Made by a program: the position numbers and the translations under genes
Shown here: piece by piece, positions 19,036 to 27,663 of the stretch
Layout: every line of letters starts with the position of its first letter
Numbering within the stretch: the first letter of the stretch is position 1
Notes under the pieces: model-generated
The model's database searches: none
What the model was told of the DNA's origin: nothing
What the model saw: the letters and a program-made list of their open reading frames with translations, nothing else
Assembly (NCBI GenBank): GCA_963775425.1
Contig: CAVZJB010000005.1
Span: 416,001-480,000, forward strand
DNA length: 64,000 nucleotides
Direction: 5' to 3'
DNA from: an uncultured delta proteobacterium
GTDB lineage: Bacteria > Myxococcota > UBA727 > VGSZ01

Positions 19036-20229
19036 TCACAGGAAGAAGTGGAGCTGCACGAGGCCGACGACGTCGCCGGTGGCGGTGCCGCCGGCGGGGA
19101 AGGTCTCGTGATAGATGCCGTCGAGGCGAAGCTCGGTGTGCGGGAGCACGTACCAGGCCCCGCTGAGCCACACGCCCATCGTCGGCAGGCTCTGCGTGCC
19201 GTCCCCCGTGTACAGCGCCTCCAGCGCGGGCATCACGTGGATGCCGACGAAGGGCTCGTAGTCCGCCGTCAGCCAGCCGGCGCCGCCGACGTCGGTGACG
19301 CCGTCGTGCGACGTGAGGAGGGCGTCGCCCTCCGCCATCACCGCGAGCGAGTCCAGCGCCCCCCACCGGACGAACGCGCCGTGCGCCTGGCGGAACGTGG
19401 CGACGTTGGTGTTGATGTCGCGCGTGGCGTAGGTCGCGAGGCTCGACACGCCGAAGCCGAGGCGCTCGACGGCGTCGATCTCCAGGTAGCCCGAGTAGCC
19501 GCGCTCGCGCACGGCGTCGGGGCGGATCTGGTAGTTGCCCGCGATGGCCATGATCTCGCCGCGCAGCACCTCGTTGCCGAACCACAGGGAGACGCCGTGT
19601 TGTTGCTGCACGTCGCCGTTGGTGCGTGTGTAGTCGCGAACGAACGCGGTGTGCTCGTTGATGCGCAAGCCGAACGGCAGCGGCATGCGCCCCGCGCGCA
19701 GCTCCATGGCGCCGTCGAACAGCTTGAGCCCGATCCAGTGCTCGCGCGACACCAGGGCGTTGTCGGGTCCGGCGTTCGGCGAGACCACCACCGCGGGCCC
19801 GACGTTCCTCACGCCGTAGCCGAGCGCGGCGTGGGCCACCACGGGGCCGACCTCGATGGTGGCCGTGCCGTCGAGCGCCATCACCAAGGGCACCGGCAGG
19901 ATCTTTCCGCCCGCGTCGAGGAGCATGCCGCCGCCGCGGACGTTCCCCCCGAGGTTCAGCCAGTCCGGTGGCGTGAGCAGACCGAAGAGGAGCCCCGCCG
20001 TCGGCGAGGGCTCACCGCTGTCGAAGTCGGAGGCGTTGGCGTGCCATCGCACGAGCAGGTCGCTCATGCCGCGGCCGTAGGCCGTGATCTGGCCGGCGCC
20101 GCTCGGGTCGACGTGGCACGCCGCGCAGCTCGCGTAGTTATGCGTGATGGTCCACGGGTACGCCGCCGCCGGCGGTGCGAACACCGCGGCGGCGACGACG
20201 ACGAGAGCGGTACCGACGAGACCGCGCAC
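19036..20229 (-). CDS. Outer-membrane beta-barrel with N-terminal CxxCH heme motif
   Basis: Signal peptide, YP...CAACHVDPSGAGQITAYGR, beta-strand body, C-terminal VQLHFFL. Confidence 0.8.
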   Translation of the reverse strand: MRGLVGTALVVVAAAVFAPPAAAYPWTITHNYASCAACHVDPSGAGQITAYGRGMSDLLVRWHANASDFDSGEPSPTAGLLFGLLTPPDWLNLGGNVRGGGMLLDAGGKILPVPLVMALDGTATIEVGPVVAHAALGYGVRNVGPAVVVSPNAGPDNALVSREHWIGLKLFDGAMELRAGRMPLPFGLRINEHTAFVRDYTRTNGDVQQQHGVSLWFGNEVLRGEIMAIAGNYQIRPDAVRERGYSGYLEIDAVERLGFGVSSLATYATRDINTNVATFRQAHGAFVRWGALDSLAVMAEGDALLTSHDGVTDVGGAGWLTADYEPFVGIHVMPALEALYTGDGTQSLPTMGVWLSGAWYVLPHTELRLDGIYHETFPAGGTATGDVVGLVQLHFFL

Positions 20230-20232
20230 GAT

Positions 20233-20805
20233 TCACCGCTGGGCTTGGAAGGAGACGTCGATGTTGACGTCGGGCTTCATGGTGACGCCGAGGTAGACCG
20301 GGATGACGATGCCGAAGTCGTGCATGTTGAGTCCGAACGAACCCGTGGCGTTGCACAACCCTGCGGCATTGCAAGAGGTCTTGTACTTGAACGGCAGCTC
20401 CTTGCTCTTGCCGTGCAGCGTGACCGTGCCCTTGGCGTCGCCGCCGCCGTTGCCCGCCGCGGCCGGCATCTTCAACGCGGCCTTCGGCACCACCAGGCGG
20501 ACGTCGGGGTACTTGTCGACCTGGAGGTACTTGTCCTTCATGTGCCGGTCGCGGAGCGAGATGCCCGTGGTGAGGTTCTTGAGCGGCACGATGACCGTCA
20601 GGGTCTTGTCGTCCTCAGTGAGCTGGAGGTCGCCGGTCTTGCCCTCGATCTTGAAGCCGCCGGGGCCGACGCCGTGAAACGCCACCGCGGCGGGTTGCTT
20701 GGTGCGTGACACCGCGAGCGCCGCGCAGGTCCACACGGACACGACGACGGCGAGGAACGCCGCGAACCGCACACTACGAAGACCGTTGATTCCCTGTCGC
20801 ATCAT
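20233..20805 (-). CDS. YceI-family (polyisoprenoid-binding) protein
   Basis: TGISLRDRHM, YLQVDKYP, GTVTLHGKSK, DFGI. Confidence 0.88.
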   Translation of the reverse strand: MMRQGINGLRSVRFAAFLAVVVSVWTCAALAVSRTKQPAAVAFHGVGPGGFKIEGKTGDLQLTEDDKTLTVIVPLKNLTTGISLRDRHMKDKYLQVDKYPDVRLVVPKAALKMPAAAGNGGGDAKGTVTLHGKSKELPFKYKTSCNAAGLCNATGSFGLNMHDFGIVIPVYLGVTMKPDVNIDVSFQAQR

Positions 20806-20822
20806 CTGACTCCTCGTTGTCA

Positions 20823-22157
20823 TCATGGGTGAACGTCGCTCCGCGCGCGTGGAACGCGTGGAGCACCCCCGGTTTGAAGGGAGAGCGCCGGCGGCGCGGG
20901 CTGACGCCGCAACCGCTCGATCTCGTCGAGGCCGGCCTGCGCGCGATCGCGCACCGCGGGCGGGCCTTCGGCGCTCGCCGTACGCAGCAGCGGCGCCGCG
21001 CCGTCGAGATCGCCGCGCGCGATCATGCCCCAGCCCACGATGGCCGCCGCCTCGGGCGCGTGCATCGAGCGCGGGTAGCGCGCGAGGAACTGCGTGAGCG
21101 CGCGCGTGGAGCCCTCCTTGTCGCCGGCGCGTCCGAGGGCCACCGCCCGCCAGAACGACGCATCTTCGACGAGCTCGGGGCTGCCTTGCTTCAACGCCTT
21201 GTCGAAGGCCGACGCCGCCGCCGGAAAGTCGCCGGCGCGCAGCGCGTCCCAGCCGGCGCGGTACGCGGACTCGCCGAGGGCGCCCTTCGACGCGCCCGCG
21301 TCTCCGCCGCGCGCGACGACGGTTGCGTCGCCTGCATCGAGGCGAGGGGCCTCGACGTCAGGGGCGTCGACGTGCGCGGCGTCGACGTGCGCGGCGTCGA
21401 CGTGCGCGGCGTCGACGTGCGCGGGGGGCGCCGGCTCCGGGCTCTCGGCGGGGCGCGTCCAGCGCTGGCCGGCCACGAGCTCGACCGCCGGGGCGCCCGA
21501 GACGCGCACCTCGACGCGGCCGCGCAGCACGCGCACCGAGGAGAGGTGGTCGTCCAAGGCGGTGATGTCGAAGGCGGTGCCGCGCACCTCGACCTCGGCG
21601 TCGCCCGTCATCACGCGGAAGCGCTCGCCGGCGCCGAGGTGCGCGACCTCGACGGTGAGCGATCCGTCGACGAGCCGCACGATCTCGTCGGGCTGCGCGG
21701 ACACACGCGCGAACGACGCCTTGCCGAGCGCGTGCACGGTGCCGCGCTCGACCGGCGCCGGGGGCGTCACACGAGCGGGCGCAGCGACGCGAGCGGCGGC
21801 GGCCTCCTGCGCCGCGGGCGGCGCGTCGCCGGCGCGCAGCCACGCGAAGGCGACGGCGGCGCCCGCGACGACGACGATGGCGGCGGCCGCCGCGGCCGCG
21901 AGAGGCGCAGGCCGCCGTGGCGCACGCGCGAGGCGCGCGCGCGCGAGGAGCTCGGCGCGCGCGGCGTCGTGCGCCGCGGGCGTGACGGGGGCGGGGGCGG
22001 GGAGCGCGGCGGCGAGAGCGCGGAGGCTCTCGGCGGCCTGCCACGCGACGCGGCAGCGCGGGCAGCCGGCGAGGTGCTCCTCGAGCCACGGCTCGAGGCC
22101 GAGCGACGACTGGCGCGCGAGCTCGGTGGCCGGGGGGCACCCGCCGACAGGCGTCAT
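20823..22157 (-). CDS. Anti-sigma factor: zinc-binding HxxxCxxC, TM, FecR domain, TPR
   Basis: EEHLAGCPRC, TM segment, EVRGTAF, VRVLRGRVEV, C-terminal TPR (FLARYPRS); contains a 15-bp repeat tract encoding (AHVDA)n. Confidence 0.88.
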   Translation of the reverse strand: MTPVGGCPPATELARQSSLGLEPWLEEHLAGCPRCRVAWQAAESLRALAAALPAPAPVTPAAHDAARAELLARARLARAPRRPAPLAAAAAAAIVVVAGAAVAFAWLRAGDAPPAAQEAAAARVAAPARVTPPAPVERGTVHALGKASFARVSAQPDEIVRLVDGSLTVEVAHLGAGERFRVMTGDAEVEVRGTAFDITALDDHLSSVRVLRGRVEVRVSGAPAVELVAGQRWTRPAESPEPAPPAHVDAAHVDAAHVDAAHVDAPDVEAPRLDAGDATVVARGGDAGASKGALGESAYRAGWDALRAGDFPAAASAFDKALKQGSPELVEDASFWRAVALGRAGDKEGSTRALTQFLARYPRSMHAPEAAAIVGWGMIARGDLDGAAPLLRTASAEGPPAVRDRAQAGLDEIERLRRQPAPPALSLQTGGAPRVPRARSDVHP

Positions 22158-22753
22158 CGAGCGCCTCCGCCGGCGGCGTCGACGTCGGCGCGCAGACGCT
22201 TGCGCGCCTCGTGCAAGCGCCGCCACACGGTCCCCGGGGGCACGCCGAGCGCGGTGGCGACGTCGACGCCGGAGATGCCCTCGACGTCGCACATCACGAA
22301 CGCGACGCGCTGGTCGTAGGGGAGGCGGGACACGGCCTGGGCGGCGTCCTGCAAGTGGCGACGGCGGGAGAGCACGGCGTCGACCGGCGCCGGCGCCGGC
22401 GGCTCCTCGCGCACGAACACCGACGTGAACAACCGCCGCCGCGCTTCGGCGCGCACGTGGTGGCGGACCACGTTGGCGGCGATGCCGAAGATCCACGTCT
22501 TGACCGCCGCGTGGCCGCGGAAGCCCCTGGCGGCCTTGAGCACCTCGAGGAAGGTGGTCTGGGTGAGGTCCTCGAGCTGGTGCGCGTCGGCGCCCGCGAG
22601 GCGGGACAGGAAGCGGCGCACGTCGTCATGGTAGCGATCGAACAGGACGCCGAGGCCGGCGGTGTCTCCGCGCGCGCACGCCTGCAGCAGCGCGCCGTCG
22701 TCCTGCTGCCGCACCTCGCCCTGGACGAGGGTGAGCTTCGGGGACGTCGTCAT
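22154..22753 (-). CDS. ECF RNA polymerase sigma factor
   Basis: EDLTQTTFL, KTWIFGIAAN, LGVPPGTVWRRLHEARKRL. Confidence 0.93.
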   Translation of the reverse strand: MTTSPKLTLVQGEVRQQDDGALLQACARGDTAGLGVLFDRYHDDVRRFLSRLAGADAHQLEDLTQTTFLEVLKAARGFRGHAAVKTWIFGIAANVVRHHVRAEARRRLFTSVFVREEPPAPAPVDAVLSRRRHLQDAAQAVSRLPYDQRVAFVMCDVEGISGVDVATALGVPPGTVWRRLHEARKRLRADVDAAGGGAR

Positions 22754-23721
22754 GGGCGCGCCCCCAACCCGACGCCGACGCGCACGAAGGCGAGCGGCTG
22801 GCCGGCGAAGGTCTCGCCCTGCTCCTCATACGTGTTGGTGTGCGCGAGCAGCGCGACGTCCGCGCTGGTGCTCACGGAGACGAGGAGGTTTTCGCCCACG
22901 GGGATGTCGAGCGTGACGCGCCCGAGGGCACGCATGCCGAACGCGTCGATGTCGACGTCGTGCTCGTGGGGCTCGGACCACACCGGGGAGTTCCTGCTCT
23001 GCAGCCAGCCGACGCCGACGCCGACGCCGGGCCGCAGGACGAGGCCGCCGACGTCGAGGGCGAGGTCGCCGACGGCGTAGCCGTCGATGCCGACGCGGCC
23101 GGTGTCCTCGTCGGCGGAGGCTCCGGTGACGCTGGTGTCCAGGGAGGCGCGGCCGAGGAAGCCACCGCAGGCGAGTCCGAGCTTCATGCAGCCGTCTACG
23201 GCGATGGATGGCCATAGCGATCCGTCGGTTCCGAGCCCGACCTCGGCGGCCGCGCCGAGCAGTGTGCCAGCCGACGCGGCCAGCGCCGGCGCCGGCGGGA
23301 CGACGGCGACCGCCGCCGGAGGGACCCCGGCGCGCTCGAAGCGCGGCGGCGCGTCCGCCGCCACCGCGCCGCCATCGGCGTGCGCCGCCGGGGCGAGCAG
23401 CGGGTCGATGAGGTCCGTGCGCGACCAGGACTCGATGACGGCGGCGGCGGTGGCGACGTCGTGGACCCGGCGCTCGACGTCCTTGCCCGTGGGGAAGTGA
23501 CCGCGCAGCACCGTGGTGTCCTCGTCGACGCGGACGTCGACGTCGATCACGGGGCAGGGCCCGTCGCCGGCGGCGAGCACCACGCCGCGCTGCTGGAGGG
23601 CCCGCGCGAGATCGCCCACGTCGTCGCCGGCCGCGCTCGTCACGCGCACGGCGGCGACGCAGGGCGCCTCCGCGGCGTCGGCGGCGGTGGTCAGCAGGGC
23701 GAGGAGGAGAAGATCCGTCAT
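22750..23721 (-). CDS. Putative outer-membrane protein upstream of the ECF pair
   Basis: Signal-like start, C-terminal beta-strands (FVRVGVGLG); ATGA overlap with the sigma gene. Confidence 0.65.
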   Translation of the reverse strand: MTDLLLLALLTTAADAAEAPCVAAVRVTSAAGDDVGDLARALQQRGVVLAAGDGPCPVIDVDVRVDEDTTVLRGHFPTGKDVERRVHDVATAAAVIESWSRTDLIDPLLAPAAHADGGAVAADAPPRFERAGVPPAAVAVVPPAPALAASAGTLLGAAAEVGLGTDGSLWPSIAVDGCMKLGLACGGFLGRASLDTSVTGASADEDTGRVGIDGYAVGDLALDVGGLVLRPGVGVGVGWLQSRNSPVWSEPHEHDVDIDAFGMRALGRVTLDIPVGENLLVSVSTSADVALLAHTNTYEEQGETFAGQPLAFVRVGVGLGARP

Positions 23722-23888
23722 CGGGTCGTCGTGGCCGCTCAGGTCTCTCAGGTCTCTCGTTGGTGCCCGCACGCGGCTGATCCTTCGCAAGACAGGCGAA
23801 AAAAGCGCCTGAAAATCGACCGCGAAGGATCAGCGGGCGGCGGGCACCAACCGCGTGTGTTCGGCAATGTGCCGACCGTGGAGGCCCC

Positions 23889-24386
23889 GTGCAATCTGCC
23901 CCACCCCCGTCCGACGACGACGCCCCGCGCCGCGCCACCCGGCGCACGTTCCTGAAGGTCGTCGGCGTCGGCGCCGGCGTCGTCTGCGCCGGCGCGTGCA
24001 TCGTCCCGTACAGCCCGGGCAGCCCCGGGGGCGGCCCGCTCACGGCAGCCGACGTCCCCGACGGGCTCTCGTTCCTCGGCGACGGCTCACCCGTCATCAT
24101 CGGCAAGGACGCCGGCGGGCTCTACGCGATGACGTCGATCTGCACGCACCAGGGCTGCGACATGAGCAGCTCCGGCGCCGTCTCCGCCTCCGAGGTCGAC
24201 TGCTTCTGCCACGGCGCCGCCTACGACGCCAACGGCTCCCCCATCGGTGGCCCCGCGCGCGGCCCGCTGCAGCACTGGCAGCTCGTCGTCGAGGCCGACG
24301 GCACGCTCACCGTGAACGTCGGCACCCCGGTGAGCTCCTCCACGCGCGTCCCCGCCGACGTCGGCCCGCCCGACGCGGGCGCCTGA
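23889..24386 (+). CDS. Tat-exported Rieske [2Fe-2S] protein, possibly lipidated
   Basis: TRRTFLK, AGAC, CTHQGC, CFCHGAAY, GPARGPL. Confidence 0.92.
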   Translation: MQSAPPPSDDDAPRRATRRTFLKVVGVGAGVVCAGACIVPYSPGSPGGGPLTAADVPDGLSFLGDGSPVIIGKDAGGLYAMTSICTHQGCDMSSSGAVSASEVDCFCHGAAYDANGSPIGGPARGPLQHWQLVVEADGTLTVNVGTPVSSSTRVPADVGPPDAGA

Positions 24387-24388
24387 GC

Positions 24389-25783
24389 CTACGGGGACAG
24401 GGCGCGCGCGGCCTTGTCGAGCTCCGCCGGCGAGAGGTCGCGGAACAGGCGCGGCGGCATATGACGCCGATCCTCGGGCGGCAGCTTCATCCGGGCGACG
24501 GCGACGGCGCGCTCGGCGTCGTCGAGCGAGTCGATGCTCAGGGCGTCGAAGCGCGCGCGAGACAGCGTCTGGTCCAGGCGCGGGTTGTGACACTGGGCGC
24601 ACGCGTGCGCGAGGATGCCGCGCCCGTCGAGGCCGGGCTTCGGGCGATGCGACATGCCGGCGAGCGCGCTGTCGGCGAAGACGCGGCGGATGTCGGGGAT
24701 GTCGTCGGCGTCGCCGTTTCGAAACGCCACGAACGCGGCGGTGGCGCCGGCGAGCTTGCCGGCGTCGGTGACCTTGGCGTCGTGGTACGGCGGCGGGATG
24801 GCCTCGCCGCGCACGGCGGCGTCGTAGACCACGTCCCACGAGGGGCTCACGCCGGGGACGGAGTTGTCGCGCGGCTGGCCCGGCGCCGTCGCCTGCACCT
24901 CCGCTTCGACGACGGGCGCGTCGAACACGTTCGGCTGCTCACTGTTCGAGAAGCGCACGAGGTCCTCGACGACGACGGGGTTGGTCTGCGTCACGAATTC
25001 CCCCGGGATGCCCGCGACGCTCGCGTGGTGGCCGTGGGCGGCCACGGTGTCGTCGAGGAGCACGCGGCCGGAGAGCGTGAACGCCGCCTCCCAGTGCGTC
25101 CACGGGTTCTCGGGCTCCTGCATGCGGTAGATGCGCGGTGTCCCCGGCCCGTTCGGCTGGTGGCACTCGAGGCAGTCGACGACGGTGTCCTTGAGGTCCT
25201 CGTCGTCGTAGAGCGACCAACCCGTCCAGCCGCTCTCGGTGCGCTCGGTGAGCAGATCCTTGAAGGCGCAGGCGTCACCGCAGGGGAGGTCGTAGCGCAG
25301 CAGATAGAACGCGACGTCGCCGCCCGGCGGCGTGACGGCGACCTCCACGAAGCGGTCGCCGCGCGCGAAGGCGAGCGCGAGGACGTTCCCATCCGTGCGC
25401 AGCCGGTTCGGCGGGCCGTTCAGGTTCGCGGGGTGTGAAGGCAACGACACGATCACCGAGCCCGGGTTGATGGACGACACCGATCGCGACGGCAGCGCGG
25501 AGGAGTGCGCCACGAGCGAAAAGCCCGGCAGCACCTCGCCGTCGAAGGCCACGGACAGCATCGCTTGCAGCTCCGCGATGGACGACAGCTGCGGCGGGTC
25601 TTCGCCGCAGAAGGCGCGCGTGACGGCGTTGTCGCGGCCGCGCTCACACAACGCGCGGCGCTGCGCTTCGTGCGTAGGGAGCCCCGACAGGACGTCGGCG
25701 TCGACGTCGGGCTCGGGCGGCGCGCACGACGCGACGAGCAGGAGCGCGAGCGCGGTGCAGCCCGGGGCCGGACGGTGGCGCAT
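24389..25783 (-). CDS. Diheme c-type cytochrome lipoprotein of unknown family
   Basis: LVASC lipobox, CLECH, CAQCH, and HMPP as a possible distal ligand near the C-terminus. Confidence 0.8.
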   Translation of the reverse strand: MRHRPAPGCTALALLLVASCAPPEPDVDADVLSGLPTHEAQRRALCERGRDNAVTRAFCGEDPPQLSSIAELQAMLSVAFDGEVLPGFSLVAHSSALPSRSVSSINPGSVIVSLPSHPANLNGPPNRLRTDGNVLALAFARGDRFVEVAVTPPGGDVAFYLLRYDLPCGDACAFKDLLTERTESGWTGWSLYDDEDLKDTVVDCLECHQPNGPGTPRIYRMQEPENPWTHWEAAFTLSGRVLLDDTVAAHGHHASVAGIPGEFVTQTNPVVVEDLVRFSNSEQPNVFDAPVVEAEVQATAPGQPRDNSVPGVSPSWDVVYDAAVRGEAIPPPYHDAKVTDAGKLAGATAAFVAFRNGDADDIPDIRRVFADSALAGMSHRPKPGLDGRGILAHACAQCHNPRLDQTLSRARFDALSIDSLDDAERAVAVARMKLPPEDRRHMPPRLFRDLSPAELDKAARALSP

Positions 25784-25881
25784 CCCGGGATTGTCGAGAT
25801 CGCACGCGGCGACCGCAAGCACGCGCTGCTCTCTTGCGGCCGCGTCGATGCATGCACGCACGCGCGGGCGCGTCGCCGCCC

Positions 25882-27345
25882 TTACCGGGCGAGCGGGCGG
25901 GCGCGACCGTTCGGGGGCGTCAGGAGCGCGACGTCGTCGGCGCGCGCGCTCGGCGGGGGAGCGAGCGGGAGCGTCACGGTGAACGTCGATCCGCGGTCCT
26001 CGACCGACGTCACCGAGGCCGAGCCGCCGTAGGCCTCGACCACGCGGCGCACGGTCGCGAGCCCGATGCCGGCGCCGCCGACGGTGACGCCGGGCCCGCG
26101 ATAGAACGGCTCGAACACGTGCTCGCGCACCGCGGGCGCGATGCCGGGGCCGCTGTCGTCGACCTCGAGGCGACAGACGCCGGCGGCCGCGCGCGCGGTG
26201 ATACGCAGGCGGCGCTCGGGGCGGCCGTCGAGGAACTTGAGCGCGTTGCCCACGAGGTTCGCCACCACGACATGCACGAGCGCCGGCGAGCACGCGACCG
26301 TGAGCCCGGGATCGACGTCGAGCTCCAGCGACGGTTGAATCCTCTCGATCTGGGGCGCGAGGTCTTCGAGCACGCCGTCGAGCTCCGCGCTCGGCGAGGC
26401 GCGCTCCCCGTCGCCGCGGCGGGCGCCGGCGCGGGCGAAGGCGAGCAGGCCCTCGAGCACGTCCACGGTGCGGCGCGTGGCGCGATCGATGCGCCCGGCC
26501 GCCGCCGCCCGCGCCTCCGGCGTGGCGCCCGGGCGCAAGAGGAGCGGCGTGGACAGGCCGATGGGCGCGACGATGTTCTTCAGGTCGTGGGCGACGCGAC
26601 CGGCGAACGCTTCGAGGTCGCGGTTGGCGTTTTCGACGAGCTCGAGGTGAGCCGCCGTCTGACGTCGCTGGCGTCGCATGAGCACGACGAGGGAGACGCC
26701 GATGGCGAGCGTGGCGATGAACAGCGCGACGAACGACAGCACCTGCGCCATGCGCACGGAGGCCATGTCGTCCTCGGAGCGGGACAGGGCGCCGGTGCTC
26801 GAGCGGTGCGTGGCGAGCTCGAGTCGTCCGAGATCGCGCGACACGTGCTCGTGTTCGGTCTCCGCCGCGTCGAGGAGCGCCTCGGCGTCGTCGGGGTGGT
26901 CGTCGATGCGAAGCTGCAACGCGTGATCGAGCGTCGCGCGGAAGTTGCGGATGTCCGCATCGGCCACCTGCCACGCGCGCATCGACTCGCCGGGTGCGAG
27001 CAGGCCGGGGAGCTCGGCGAGCTCGCTGTCGAGGAGCGCGCGCTGCTGCACCATGGCGGCGACGATGGGCGTGAGGGTGCGCCCGCTCTCCGTGGTGGTG
27101 TCGAGGGTCTCGGCCCACAACAGGGTGATCAGCTCGCCGACGTTGCCGACGAGATAAGCCGAGCGCTCCGCCTGTCGATCGACGACGGCGTCGGCGAGCT
27201 CGACGCGGCGGATCTGCAGCGCGGACATGCCGGCGACGCCGGCGATGAGGATGAGCACGCCGGTGAGCCCGGCCGAGAGGAGCCATGGGCCGGAGAGGCC
27301 GCGAACGGCGGCCGGGCGCGGCCGCGTTCCATCGGAGCGCTGCAT
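25882..27345 (-). CDS. Membrane sensor histidine kinase
   Basis: Two TMs, VAHDLKN H-box, NLVGNALKF, DDSGPG, FEPF, GAGIGL. Confidence 0.93.
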   Translation of the reverse strand: MQRSDGTRPRPAAVRGLSGPWLLSAGLTGVLILIAGVAGMSALQIRRVELADAVVDRQAERSAYLVGNVGELITLLWAETLDTTTESGRTLTPIVAAMVQQRALLDSELAELPGLLAPGESMRAWQVADADIRNFRATLDHALQLRIDDHPDDAEALLDAAETEHEHVSRDLGRLELATHRSSTGALSRSEDDMASVRMAQVLSFVALFIATLAIGVSLVVLMRRQRRQTAAHLELVENANRDLEAFAGRVAHDLKNIVAPIGLSTPLLLRPGATPEARAAAAGRIDRATRRTVDVLEGLLAFARAGARRGDGERASPSAELDGVLEDLAPQIERIQPSLELDVDPGLTVACSPALVHVVVANLVGNALKFLDGRPERRLRITARAAAGVCRLEVDDSGPGIAPAVREHVFEPFYRGPGVTVGGAGIGLATVRRVVEAYGGSASVTSVEDRGSTFTVTLPLAPPPSARADDVALLTPPNGRARPLAR

Positions 27346-27478
27346 CCGTCCAACCTGACATCTCGTTCGTGCGCGCGCACCTGACGACGGCGGATACGAC
27401 GGCGCGGGGTGCAACGCCGCAGGGGCGCAACGCCCGCGGGCGGAGCACCGTGAGCGCGGTGGCCGTGTGAAAGCGCGC

Positions 27479-27546
27479 GATCAGCGAGCGGAGGGAGCGG
27501 CCGCGCTTCATCAGCGAGCGGAGGGAGCGGCTGCGCTGGATCAGCG
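27479..27546. repeat. Tandem pair of the 30-bp GATC-bounded palindromic repeat
   Basis: ATCAGCGAGCGGAGGGAGCGGCYGCGCT twice with a 30-bp period. Confidence 0.85.
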
Positions 27547-27663
27547 CTCATGGCGTGCGTTCGATCACGTCATTTCCGCGACGGGGCTCACACGTGGTCA
27601 CCGGGGGGGTGTGCCGCACAGCGTCGAGGCGATACGGGTACCCGCCGTTTCACCGAGGTCCCC

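Noticed and set aside
23889-25783. Cytochrome bc1 operon
   Set aside because: No cytochrome b gene, and the Rieske and diheme genes are convergent.
27479-27546. 30-bp tandem repeats as a CRISPR array
   Set aside because: Units are directly adjacent with no unique spacers, there are only two, and no cas genes are present.
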